Positions 54,192-62,775 of a stretch of 64,000 bases of DNA are shown here, piece after piece; the stretch's first letter is position 1; the number at the start of each line of letters is the position of its first letter. The notes beneath the pieces were generated by a model. It was not told the DNA's origin and did not search any database. It saw only the letters and a program-made list of their open reading frames with translations. The position numbers were made by a program, and so were the translations under genes. Origin of the DNA: Gammaproteobacteria bacterium (lineage in GTDB: Bacteria > Pseudomonadota > Gammaproteobacteria > Pseudomonadales > Azotimanducaceae); contig JANNBJ010000123.1 of the NCBI GenBank assembly GCA_031385325.1, positions 6,771-70,770 of the forward strand. Direction: 5' to 3'.

Positions 54192-55112
54192 ATGTCCGAC
54201 CTCACCATACTTGCAGAAGGATTGAAGTTTCCGGAAGGCCCGATAGCCATGGCGGATGGCAGCGTACTGCTCGTTGAGATTGCCCGCGGCACCCTGTCGC
54301 GCGTACGTGACGGCAAGACCGAAGTCGTGGCCGAGCTGGGTGGCGGACCCAATGGCGCGGCCATCGGTCCGGACGGCGCGGTATATGTCTGTAACAACGG
54401 TGGCTTCCAGTGGATTGAACGAAATGGCCGGATCTTTCCCGGTGAAGAACCGGAAAACTACGCGGGTGGCCGGATCGAAAAAGTCGATATCAACACCGGC
54501 AAGTCAGAAATCCTCTACACCCACTGCCAGGGTCAGCCGCTGCGTGGACCAAACGATCTGGTGTTTGATAGGCAGGGCGGTTTCTGGTTTACCGATCATG
54601 GCAAGACACGCCGGCGCGAACGCGATCGCACCGGCGTTTTCTACGCCAAAGCCGATGGGTCACACATTCGCGAAGTGCTGTTTCCGATGGAAGGCCCGAA
54701 TGGCATTGGATTATCGCCGACAGAAGACGAACTGTACGTTGCAGAAACCCTGACCGGTCGGGTCTGGGCCTATGCCATTGCCTCGCCGGGTGTGCTCAAG
54801 CATGAACGCCGCGACCGGCCGGATGGCGGGCGGCTGCTGCGTGGCCGCAGTGGTTACTTTCTGTTCGACTCCCTGGCGGTAGACAGCGCAGGCAACGTCT
54901 GTGTGGCCACCATTGTCGACGGTGGGATCACCATCCTCTCTCCTTCCGGCCGCGAACCGGGATTTGTACCCATGCCCGATCCACTAACCACCAACATCTG
55001 TTTTGGCGGCAAGAATCTTGCGACCGCCTACATCACCTTGAGCTCGATTGGACAACTCGTCTCGATGCCGTGGCCAACGCCAGGACTAAAGCTGAATTAC
55101 CAATCGTTCTAG
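54192..55112 (+). CDS. SMP-30/gluconolactonase/LRE-family protein
   Basis: LAEGLKFPEGPIAMADGSVLLVE, PNGAAIGPDGAVYVCNNGG, GPNDLVFD..GGFWFTD and PNGIGLSP are beta-propeller lactonase motifs. Confidence 0.85.
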   Translation: MSDLTILAEGLKFPEGPIAMADGSVLLVEIARGTLSRVRDGKTEVVAELGGGPNGAAIGPDGAVYVCNNGGFQWIERNGRIFPGEEPENYAGGRIEKVDINTGKSEILYTHCQGQPLRGPNDLVFDRQGGFWFTDHGKTRRRERDRTGVFYAKADGSHIREVLFPMEGPNGIGLSPTEDELYVAETLTGRVWAYAIASPGVLKHERRDRPDGGRLLRGRSGYFLFDSLAVDSAGNVCVATIVDGGITILSPSGREPGFVPMPDPLTTNICFGGKNLATAYITLSSIGQLVSMPWPTPGLKLNYQSF

Positions 55113-55114
55113 TT

Positions 55115-55146
55115 GTTCAGGAAAGGCGGTGTTCAGGAAAGGCGGT
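55115..55146. repeat. Perfect tandem duplication of the 16-nt unit GTTCAGGAAAGGCGGT
   Basis: Read directly: 55115-55130 is identical to 55131-55146. It starts 3 nt after the stop of the SMP-30 gene. A direct repeat of CTAGCCAC follows at 55150-55157 and 55174-55181. Confidence 0.9.
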
Positions 55147-55208
55147 TGTCTAGCCACATTCAAGCTGGTTAGACTAGCCACCGATTCAAATGGGGGCGGT
55201 GAAGAGCA

Positions 55209-55622
55209 ATGCGCAGGTCCTTTGGAAGTTCGTCGGATGAAGTACAGGATCAACAGATCAACCTGACCCCCATGCTCGATGTCGTGTTCATCATGCTGAT
55301 TTTCTTCATCGTGACAGCTACTTTCGTGAAGGAAGTCGGGCTGGATGTCAACCAGCCTGAGGACACCAACAAGCCATTAACCGTCGATCCGAACAAGAAG
55401 AGCATTGTTGTTCGAATTACCGATCGGGACCGCATCATCATCGCCCAGCGGGACGTCGACGTCCGCAGTGTGCGGGCCAACATCGAGAGACTGCACGCTG
55501 AGAATCCGGAGGCTCCGGTCATCATTCAACCGCACCCGCAATCCAGCACTGAAGCGATGATCACTGTCATGGACTCGGCGCGTCAGGCGGGAGTGTATGC
55601 GGTGTCGTTTGCCTCGAACTAA
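55209..55622 (+). CDS. exbD: ExbD/TolR-family biopolymer transport protein
   Basis: INLTPMLDVVFIMLIFFIV is the TM signature with the conserved Asp. The periplasmic domain is about 137 aa. Confidence 0.85.
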   Translation: MRRSFGSSSDEVQDQQINLTPMLDVVFIMLIFFIVTATFVKEVGLDVNQPEDTNKPLTVDPNKKSIVVRITDRDRIIIAQRDVDVRSVRANIERLHAENPEAPVIIQPHPQSSTEAMITVMDSARQAGVYAVSFASN

Positions 55623-55637
55623 CACTTTTCAATGAGA

Positions 55638-55666
55638 TTGGGAGTGCACATGCAACTGCCTCCCAA
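55638..55666 (+). terminator. Hairpin candidate after exbD (TTGGGAG-15 nt-CTCCCAA)
   Basis: This 7-bp stem begins 16 nt after the exbD stop. No clear U-tract follows. Confidence 0.3.
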
Positions 55667-55776
55667 GCGCAATTCCAATCCTGCGGGGTCATCGAGCAGA
55701 GTTTAAAAAAACCTGTTAGCCGCCGTGCTATCCCCTGGTTGTACATTGTCTCACTCAACTATCGAGTGGTATTCAC

Positions 55777-56901
55777 ATGCTGAATCAACTGGACGACTTT
55801 CCAATCCATCAGACGCCTGAACCCCTGGCGCACCCGGGCACCAGCGACCGGAATGTTTATGACCGTACCTGGTTCAATGGTTACGCTCCCGATGGTTCGT
55901 ACTACTTCGGGATCGGCATGGCGGTCTATCCTCATCGTGGCATCCTCGATTGCGCCTTCAGCGTGGTTCAACCGGGAACACGACAACACTGCTTTTATGG
56001 CTCCAGGCGAGCACCGATGGAGCGCACGGACATGTCCGTTGGTCCATTCAGGTTGGAAGTGGTTGAACCGCTCCGACGCACGCGCGTGATCCTCGATGAC
56101 AACAGCAGTGGCCTCGCCTGCGACCTCACCTTCTCTGCCCGCACGGGGGCGATTCAGGAAGCCCGCCAGACCTTGTGGTCAGGTTCACGGCGAGTCATGG
56201 ACGCCACCCGCTTCGATCAATTCGGACGATGGTCAGGCGTGGTTCGGACACCTGATGGCGAGATCAGGGTCGACGAGACTGTCTGCCATGGCACCAAGGA
56301 CCGTTCATGGGGTGTCCGTAACGTCGGCGAACACGAAACTGGAGGCGCACCAGTCAACCCTAACGGTATCGCCTTCATGTGGGCTCCCCTGTTCTGGGAC
56401 GATCACATCACCCATGCCATCTTTTTTGACGGCCAGAAAGGCGAACCGCTGGTTCGGGAGGGAATCGTCGCCCCGCTCTACCCCAACGAAGCAGCCATTC
56501 CTGGTCTGGAAGGCAGTCGAGACGAGCGCATGGCGACTGCGCGCCATCGAATCCAATATCACAAAGGTTCACGCCTTGCCTCCAGAGTGGAGATCGATCT
56601 GGTAGGCCACAATGATGTGACCCGCTCCATAACCCTTGAGCCGATCCTGAAATTTCAGATGAAGGGACTTGGCTACGGTCACCCTGAGTGGGGTCAGGGT
56701 ATGTGGAAAGGGGAACTGGCAATTGGTGGAGAATCTTTCGACACACGCCAGCTTGACCTGCTCGCCCGGGAAAACCTGCATACACAGCAGGTGGTTCGAG
56801 CCACGGATGGATGTCGTCAGGGCGTCGGCGTGTTTGAACAGATCGTGGTAGGCCCCTACGCTCCAGCCGGATTTACCCAGTTTTTCGACGGTGCCAGCTA
56901 A
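55777..56901 (+). CDS. Conserved-looking hypothetical protein (374 aa)
   Basis: This long ORF has ordinary composition. The N-terminus reads FPIHQTPEPLAHPGTSDRNVYDRTWFNGYAPDG. I cannot name a family. Its stop abuts or overlaps the ltaE start. Confidence 0.6.
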   Translation: MLNQLDDFPIHQTPEPLAHPGTSDRNVYDRTWFNGYAPDGSYYFGIGMAVYPHRGILDCAFSVVQPGTRQHCFYGSRRAPMERTDMSVGPFRLEVVEPLRRTRVILDDNSSGLACDLTFSARTGAIQEARQTLWSGSRRVMDATRFDQFGRWSGVVRTPDGEIRVDETVCHGTKDRSWGVRNVGEHETGGAPVNPNGIAFMWAPLFWDDHITHAIFFDGQKGEPLVREGIVAPLYPNEAAIPGLEGSRDERMATARHRIQYHKGSRLASRVEIDLVGHNDVTRSITLEPILKFQMKGLGYGHPEWGQGMWKGELAIGGESFDTRQLDLLARENLHTQQVVRATDGCRQGVGVFEQIVVGPYAPAGFTQFFDGAS

Positions 56902-57931
56902 CAACGTGCAACCCATCGATCTGCGTAGCGACACCGTTACTCGACCGACCCCGGCCATGCGAGCAGTCATGGCGGCTGCCGAGGTCGGCGACGACGTATT
57001 CGGCGAAGATCCAACCGTGAATCGTCTGCAAGCCGTATTGGCTGAACGCCTCGGCAAAGAAGCCGGCCTGTTTGTAGCCAGCGGCACACAATCGAACCTG
57101 CTGGCACTGATGTCACACTGTGAGCGCGGGGATGAATTCATCGCTGGACAGCGTGCGCACGCGTACATGTACGAGGGCGGCGGCGCCGCTGTTCTGGGTG
57201 GTATTCAGCCGCAGCCCATCACCGTGCCTGAAGATGGCACCTTACCGTTACATGAAATCGACGCGGTGATCAAACCGGATGACTTTCACTTCGCTCGCAC
57301 GCGGCTGGTCTGCATCGAGAACACTTACAGCGGCAGAGTGCTGCCAATGGGGTACGTGGAATCACTCGGACACTTCTGCGTTCAGCGAAATATCAAGCTG
57401 CATATGGATGGCGCGCGTTTTTTCAACGCCTGTATCGCCAGCGGTCAATCTGCAGTGCAACTGGCCGCCCCTTGCGACAGCATCAGTATCTGTCTCTCCA
57501 AAGGACTGGGAGCACCTGTGGGATCAGTACTCGTTGGCAGCGCGGAACTGATTGCCAAAGCACGTCGTTTGCGAAAGATGCTCGGAGGTGGCATGCGGCA
57601 GGCTGGCATACTTGCGGCAGCAGGACTATACGCGCTTGAGCATCACGTGGACCGGCTTGTTCTGGATCATCGTCGAGCTGGAGTGTTGTCCGCAGCGCTG
57701 AGCCGGATATTTCCCGGCCGTGTCGAGCAACACACCAACATGATTCATCTTGATTTACCGGACTCAGAGTTGAAGCCGTTGCTCGCTCACATGAACACAC
57801 ATGGTGTGAAAATTCATCGGCCCAGATGGGTTCTGCACCTCGACATCGGCGACGAAGACCTCGAGCACCTGATCAGGACTGTTGGTCGTTATGATCCCCA
57901 GCGCCCGGCTCATTCAATCACCTCCACCTGA
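56891..57931 (+). CDS. ltaE: Low-specificity L-threonine aldolase
   Basis: IDLRSDTVTRPTPAMRAVMA..VGDDVFGEDPTVNRLQ...ASGTQSNL and the PLP-Lys region CLSKGLGAP. The start is a GTG at 56891 or a GTG at 56906. Confidence 0.9.
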   Translation: MPANNVQPIDLRSDTVTRPTPAMRAVMAAAEVGDDVFGEDPTVNRLQAVLAERLGKEAGLFVASGTQSNLLALMSHCERGDEFIAGQRAHAYMYEGGGAAVLGGIQPQPITVPEDGTLPLHEIDAVIKPDDFHFARTRLVCIENTYSGRVLPMGYVESLGHFCVQRNIKLHMDGARFFNACIASGQSAVQLAAPCDSISICLSKGLGAPVGSVLVGSAELIAKARRLRKMLGGGMRQAGILAAAGLYALEHHVDRLVLDHRRAGVLSAALSRIFPGRVEQHTNMIHLDLPDSELKPLLAHMNTHGVKIHRPRWVLHLDIGDEDLEHLIRTVGRYDPQRPAHSITST

Positions 57932-58695
57932 TCCCCAACACGAATAACGCCTGTTCCTCTGGCCACCAGATTCTGGCCAAACATCACACCACCTGGCGTC
58001 CGCCGATAAGTGCCCAGCGTACGCAGTGGCTGCATGTCAGCCGAAGGTTTCGCGGTGTCCGGGTCGATGGTCGTGAACACGCAACGATCACAGGGTTTCA
58101 TGTGTTCGAACATCACGTCACCAACGCGAATCCGGTTCCATTGGTCTTCTGCAAATGCCTCAGTACCGTCGACGACCATGTTTGGCCGGAAGTTTCGCAT
58201 GGATACGGGACGCTCCAATCGTCCGTTGAGATCTGCCAATGATGCGGAGCCAATCAACAAGTAGGGATAACCATCGGCGAACGAAAACCGGATTGTGGAA
58301 TCTGCCCGCAACACACGGTGCGAAGTTGCGCCGATGTACAACAACCGGGCAGCGATTCCCAGGTACTGGCTAAACCACTCGTCGGCAGCGCTGTCGCCCC
58401 ACCACGCATCGAATCGATAGGCCCACACGCCGGTCGACCGCAATCGGTTGAATAGTACACGGCGGACTACAAGCTCCGGCATCCCGGGTGCCTGCAGGGA
58501 CAATCCCTCAATGGTTGGAACAGCCCTCACGAGCACGAGCTTAGGATGCATGCGACCAGTGAGAAACTGCCCTGAGTCATCAGTGACCATCCACTCACGG
58601 TCGTAGGCAGGTCCCGCCGAGGTGATCCTGGCGCTGGATCCTTCGATCCCCGCACACGACTTGACCGGGTAGTTCCACAATTGAGTGAGTTGCAT
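57910..58695 (-). CDS. MOSC domain protein (YcbX-like, N-terminal beta-barrel + MOSC)
   Basis: LWNYPVKSCAG at the N-terminus and PCDRCVFTTIDPDT, the MOSC Cys motif. Confidence 0.85.
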   Translation of the reverse strand: MQLTQLWNYPVKSCAGIEGSSARITSAGPAYDREWMVTDDSGQFLTGRMHPKLVLVRAVPTIEGLSLQAPGMPELVVRRVLFNRLRSTGVWAYRFDAWWGDSAADEWFSQYLGIAARLLYIGATSHRVLRADSTIRFSFADGYPYLLIGSASLADLNGRLERPVSMRNFRPNMVVDGTEAFAEDQWNRIRVGDVMFEHMKPCDRCVFTTIDPDTAKPSADMQPLRTLGTYRRTPGGVMFGQNLVARGTGVIRVGDQVEVIE

Positions 58696-58732
58696 GAGTT
58701 GAACCCTCCGATTTTTTTCAGCGATCAGGCTG

Positions 58733-59878
58733 CTAGCCTGCTGTTCGAATGATTTCGGTGTGCCTGAGCGATTCGATGTTGTCGCAGCCTAACTGAGCCA
58801 TGACATTGTCCACTTCGTTTTCAAGCAGATCGGCCAGCAGCTTGGCGCCACGCTCTGCTCCAGCAGCGGCACAGGCGAACAACCATGGCCGCCCTGTCAT
58901 CACGAAGTCCGCGCCAAGCACGAGGGACTTGATCACGTCCTCTCCGGAGCGAATCCCGCTTTCCATAATCAGGGGATAGTCCAGTCCAACCGCTGTTCGA
59001 ATGGCAGGCAATACATCCAGTGGTGAAACTGCGCAACCCAGCTGCCGTCCACCGTGATTGGAGATAACAAGAGCGTCAATGCCCAAGTGCTTGAGTCGGA
59101 TGGCGTCGTCCGTCGCCAGCACTCCTTTGACGATCAACTGATGAGGCCAGAGTGCACGAACTTGCTCGAGCATCTCCCAATCAAGTTTCGCCTGCATCAT
59201 CGATGCCATGAACGCTCGCGTTGCCTCGGGACCGTTCTGCTGCAGATCGTTTTGACTGAAGTTGACCATCTTCGGCACCCCACGCATCAGGGTAGAGAGC
59301 GACCACCCGGGATGCAGGGCGTAGTCAAGCAGCAGCTTCGGTGATCGCCAGATGGGTTCTGCGAAGTGGTTACGACGGTCACGAAACCGCAGTCCGGGAT
59401 TAGCTGCGTCAACCGTCAAAACAAGTGCACGCACACCGGCTGCCTCAGCCCGCTGCATGAGGGACTCGCTGACCCGAAAGTCGGCACCAATATAGAGTTG
59501 AAACCAGAGCATGCCGTTGGCGAGTTCTGCTGCGGTTTCGATGCTCGTGCTGCCCGCTGCAGACAACGTATACGGCAGGCTTTTACTCGCTGCAGTCGTC
59601 AGTAGTGCCCGATCAGTCCCAGACCATGCCAGATTCCCCAATCCCATGGGCGAAATCCCGAATGGAACGGCATAGTCGACACCCAACAATCGGACCACAG
59701 TGCTACGCACCATTGGTGCACGCAGCACTCGGGGTACCAACGCCATGCCTGAGAATGCAGACTCGTTGCGACGCTGCGCGGCCTCCGATCCCGCCCCACC
59801 TTTGATGAAATCAAATATCGTTCGTGGTAAACGACGGCGCGCTGCCCTTTCAAGATCGCTGGTTTGGAGGAATGTCAC
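58733..59878 (-). CDS. FMN-dependent alpha-hydroxy-acid oxidase/dehydrogenase (LldD/mandelate dehydrogenase family)
   Basis: FDFIKGGAGSE, WFQLY, LTVD and ISNHGGRQLG motifs. The GTG start lies 3 nt after the upstream PPTase stop. Confidence 0.9.
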   Translation of the reverse strand: MTFLQTSDLERAARRRLPRTIFDFIKGGAGSEAAQRRNESAFSGMALVPRVLRAPMVRSTVVRLLGVDYAVPFGISPMGLGNLAWSGTDRALLTTAASKSLPYTLSAAGSTSIETAAELANGMLWFQLYIGADFRVSESLMQRAEAAGVRALVLTVDAANPGLRFRDRRNHFAEPIWRSPKLLLDYALHPGWSLSTLMRGVPKMVNFSQNDLQQNGPEATRAFMASMMQAKLDWEMLEQVRALWPHQLIVKGVLATDDAIRLKHLGIDALVISNHGGRQLGCAVSPLDVLPAIRTAVGLDYPLIMESGIRSGEDVIKSLVLGADFVMTGRPWLFACAAAGAERGAKLLADLLENEVDNVMAQLGCDNIESLRHTEIIRTAG

Positions 59879-59881
59879 GCG

Positions 59882-60604
59882 TCATGACCCTGGCAGGTTG
59901 GAAACCGGGAACGTCAACTTGCCGCGGCGAACACGCAGAGGTAACCAGGTGATGACAACCGAGTGTGTGGTCGTCAGTCGTTTGGAAAAAATGGTCATCG
60001 AGATCGCCTTCCCTGCTCCAGGATCGGTCCCGATGTAGTGGGCCTCGTTGGAGTCAGCTGCGTCATCCACAAACGTCACATCAGTGAAGTTGATGAACTT
60101 CCCAACCAGTGGATGCACCGCCTTGTAAAGTGCTTCCTTGGCACAGAACAGCTCCGTGGCAGATCTTCCACCCCGGATTGCGTTTTGTTCATGCGCTGTA
60201 AACAAGGTGTCGAACAGATCTTCGCCAATCCTGCTGCGACGTTCGACATCAACGCCAATCCCGCCACAGCTTCGAGCGTGAGCCACAACCGCAATTGCTG
60301 CGTCATCACAATGTGCGATGCTGCCCAACAGGTGGCCCGGCCACACCGGTGAACGATCTTCTCGTCGCGTGATCGACGCCGGAGTCTCACCGAGTGCAGA
60401 CATGGCCAGATGTGCAAAATGCCTGCCGGTGCTGTACTCAAGTTGGCGTTTCATTGCCCAGTGGTCAATGCCTTGCGCTTCTGCCCCCAGAAGCTGCCCG
60501 CGAAAATCGCCAATCGGACCAACGACACCTACACACTCATCGATATCGAATTGAGGGAGTTGCTCCTTGCTGATCGGACTATCGGCTTGAACCAGCCAAT
60601 TCAC
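59882..60604 (-). CDS. 4'-phosphopantetheinyl transferase, EntD/Sfp-type (copy 1)
   Basis: WPGHLLGSIAHCDD, GIGVDVERRS and FCAKEALYKAV are PPTase motifs. The GTG start overlaps the nupC stop (GTGA). Confidence 0.8.
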   Translation of the reverse strand: MNWLVQADSPISKEQLPQFDIDECVGVVGPIGDFRGQLLGAEAQGIDHWAMKRQLEYSTGRHFAHLAMSALGETPASITRREDRSPVWPGHLLGSIAHCDDAAIAVVAHARSCGGIGVDVERRSRIGEDLFDTLFTAHEQNAIRGGRSATELFCAKEALYKAVHPLVGKFINFTDVTFVDDAADSNEAHYIGTDPGAGKAISMTIFSKRLTTTHSVVITWLPLRVRRGKLTFPVSNLPGS

Positions 60605-61842
60605 GGAAACAAACCGATCAACGTCACGATGGCGCCGGTCATGGAAGCCGTCAAAGTGCCGGAAATCAGCGTGGCCGGCGCAATCCTGAGAATCTCATCA
60701 CGGCGCTGTGGAGCAAGTGTGGCGAGCCCACCGATCAGTATTCCGAGACTGCCGAAATTGGTAAATCCGCAGAGTGCATAAGTCATGGTAAGTACGCTGG
60801 CACTTGATAACATGCCGGCGGGCAAGGCTGCCATCTGCAGATACGCGACGACCTCATTCAGAATCAATTTGCTCGCCAGAAGGCTGCCAGCCGTTTCCGC
60901 CTCCCTCCAGGGAATGCCAATCAACCAGGCAACCGGTGCAAACAACGGCCCGGTCATCCGTTCCAGACTGAGCGGCGCACCGAGGATTTCAACGTTGCCG
61001 ATGATGTAGTTGACCAGCGCCACCAAAGACACCAGCACCAGCACCATGGCGCCCACATTGACTGCAAGTTGCAGGCCGTCGACGGTGCCTCGGGTGATGG
61101 CGTCCATGTGGCTGTTATAGATCAACCCATCCGAAACCTCTCCCGCCGGGCTTTCTTCATCTGGCGGATACATGATTCGAGCGACCACGATCGCACCGAT
61201 AACGTTGAGCACCGACGCAATGATGATGTGCCCGAGCGCTCCGTCAATTTGATCTCTGAGAATGGACGCATAAAGCACCATGATCGAACCGGCGACCGTG
61301 CTCATGCCGCAGGTCATCAGTGTAAAGAGCTCCGATCGACTCATCCGGTCGAGGTAGGCTCGGACCACCAACGGTGTCTCTGCCATGCCGAGAAATATAC
61401 TGGCCGCCGCCCCGGTGCCTACCGCGCCACCGACACCGAGCAATCTGGTCAACGCACGCCCCAGGATTCGTACCAGCGTCGGCAGGATCCGCCAATACCA
61501 CAACAACGCGACCAGAACGCTGAACACGATGATCTGGGGCAACACACGAAACGCAAACAGGAACAGACCATTTGAATCCGTGACGCTATAGGGCGCAGCG
61601 GCCCCACCCAGGTAGCCAAACACAAACGAAGTACCCGACAGGGAAGCGGTTTGGACGGCATTGACCACTGAATTGAGACTGAGCAACGCGCTGGCAAAGA
61701 TGGGTACATGAAACAACAGATAGGCCAGTACCAGCTGCGTGGTGATGCCGACGAACACCATCCGCCAGGGCACTTTCGCCCGCTCCTGGCTAAGCAGCCA
61801 GGCGACACCAACGAACACCGCGATACCCAGTACTGATTGCAC
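60601..61842 (-). CDS. nupC: NupC-family (CNT) nucleoside transporter
   Basis: LGIAVFVGVAWLLSQERAKVPWRMV at the N-terminus and CGFTNFGSLGILIGGL near the C-terminus. I prefer the GTG at 61842, which overlaps the upstream PPTase stop (TAGTG) and follows GGGGAG, over the track start 61899. Confidence 0.9.
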   Translation of the reverse strand: MQSVLGIAVFVGVAWLLSQERAKVPWRMVFVGITTQLVLAYLLFHVPIFASALLSLNSVVNAVQTASLSGTSFVFGYLGGAAAPYSVTDSNGLFLFAFRVLPQIIVFSVLVALLWYWRILPTLVRILGRALTRLLGVGGAVGTGAAASIFLGMAETPLVVRAYLDRMSRSELFTLMTCGMSTVAGSIMVLYASILRDQIDGALGHIIIASVLNVIGAIVVARIMYPPDEESPAGEVSDGLIYNSHMDAITRGTVDGLQLAVNVGAMVLVLVSLVALVNYIIGNVEILGAPLSLERMTGPLFAPVAWLIGIPWREAETAGSLLASKLILNEVVAYLQMAALPAGMLSSASVLTMTYALCGFTNFGSLGILIGGLATLAPQRRDEILRIAPATLISGTLTASMTGAIVTLIGLFP

Positions 61843-62510
61843 TAACGATGCTCCCCGATTTCGAAGCGGGTCAGAACCGCCTCTTCGATCAAACCCCAAT
61901 GACCGATGCCGTCTTCAAGTGGCCGATTCGACTCATTTTGCCCCACATAACTGGCGCGAAATTCGGCTTCTTTCGGATTCAGCGCGATCTCTACTTCCCG
62001 ATAGCCCACATACAATCCGGCGATCGGATAGATCGCTTTGTAGACCGCCTCCTTGGCGCTGAACACAATCGTCGCCAAACGCAGAAAATCTTCGTCCAGC
62101 GGGAGAAGCGCCTGACTTTCCGTCTCAGTCAGAATTTTTCCGGCGGCTCGTTCAGACAGCCTGCCGAAGTGCTCGATATCGAGCCCCAAACCAGCCAGGG
62201 ACCCGCTGACCGCAGCGCCAACCAGCTGCCGACTGTGCGTGAGACTGCCACGCATGCCATTCGGCCACACTGGCGATCGGCTCACCCCAGTCAGGACGGC
62301 TCCTCCCGGCAGTCCTCGCGCCGCCATGGCTCGCCGTGCACAGTATCGCCCGGACGAAAATTCGTCTCGACGGCGACGCGCGCGACCCTCCAACAGAGGC
62401 AGCTCGGTGGGCAGAAGCAGATCGCATCGGTCAGCGATATGGGCGACATAAATCGTCGAATGCGTACTGTGAGGAATCGCCGGTTGAATGAGCTCGACGC
62501 CACTTTCCAT
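61842..62510 (-). CDS. 4'-phosphopantetheinyl transferase, EntD/Sfp-type (copy 2)
   Basis: WPNGMRGSLTHSRQ, GLGLDIEHFG and FSAKEAVYKAI motifs. Trimmed to the ATG at 62510 because the track's 5' extension is Ser/Arg-rich and crosses a palindromic element. Confidence 0.8.
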   Translation of the reverse strand: MESGVELIQPAIPHSTHSTIYVAHIADRCDLLLPTELPLLEGRARRRRDEFSSGRYCARRAMAARGLPGGAVLTGVSRSPVWPNGMRGSLTHSRQLVGAAVSGSLAGLGLDIEHFGRLSERAAGKILTETESQALLPLDEDFLRLATIVFSAKEAVYKAIYPIAGLYVGYREVEIALNPKEAEFRASYVGQNESNRPLEDGIGHWGLIEEAVLTRFEIGEHR

Positions 62511-62534
62511 CAGCACCGTCAATGAATCACCGCA

Positions 62535-62720
62535 CCAGGAGCCTGTCGGACTTGAGCGATCGTCGCGAGTCGTGTGGGAGAGCGAGGACAGTTTTTCGCC
62601 ATTTCGAGACGCATAGTGAGCCTTTCCAAAGGAAACACGGGGGCAACGAGAAATCGGGGAAAAATGGACCGCTCTTCCCACCGACGCAGTAGATCAGTCT
62701 CAATTCCGACAGGCTCCTGG
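62535..62720. repeat. 186-bp imperfect palindrome (rod-like hairpin) with perfect 16-bp termini
   Basis: CCAGGAGCCTGTCGGA (62535-62550) is the exact reverse complement of TCCGACAGGCTCCTGG (62705-62720). An inner pair, GTGGGAGAGCG (62574-62584) and CGCTCTTCCCAC (62670-62681, one bulge), shares the same symmetry centre. The tip forms the hairpin TTTCC-AAA-GGAAA (62623-62635). Confidence 0.85.
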
Positions 62721-62775
62721 GTTAAGACAATTCGGCAATTGTGGTTGATCCGTGTGGCAGATACCATCCGACCTC

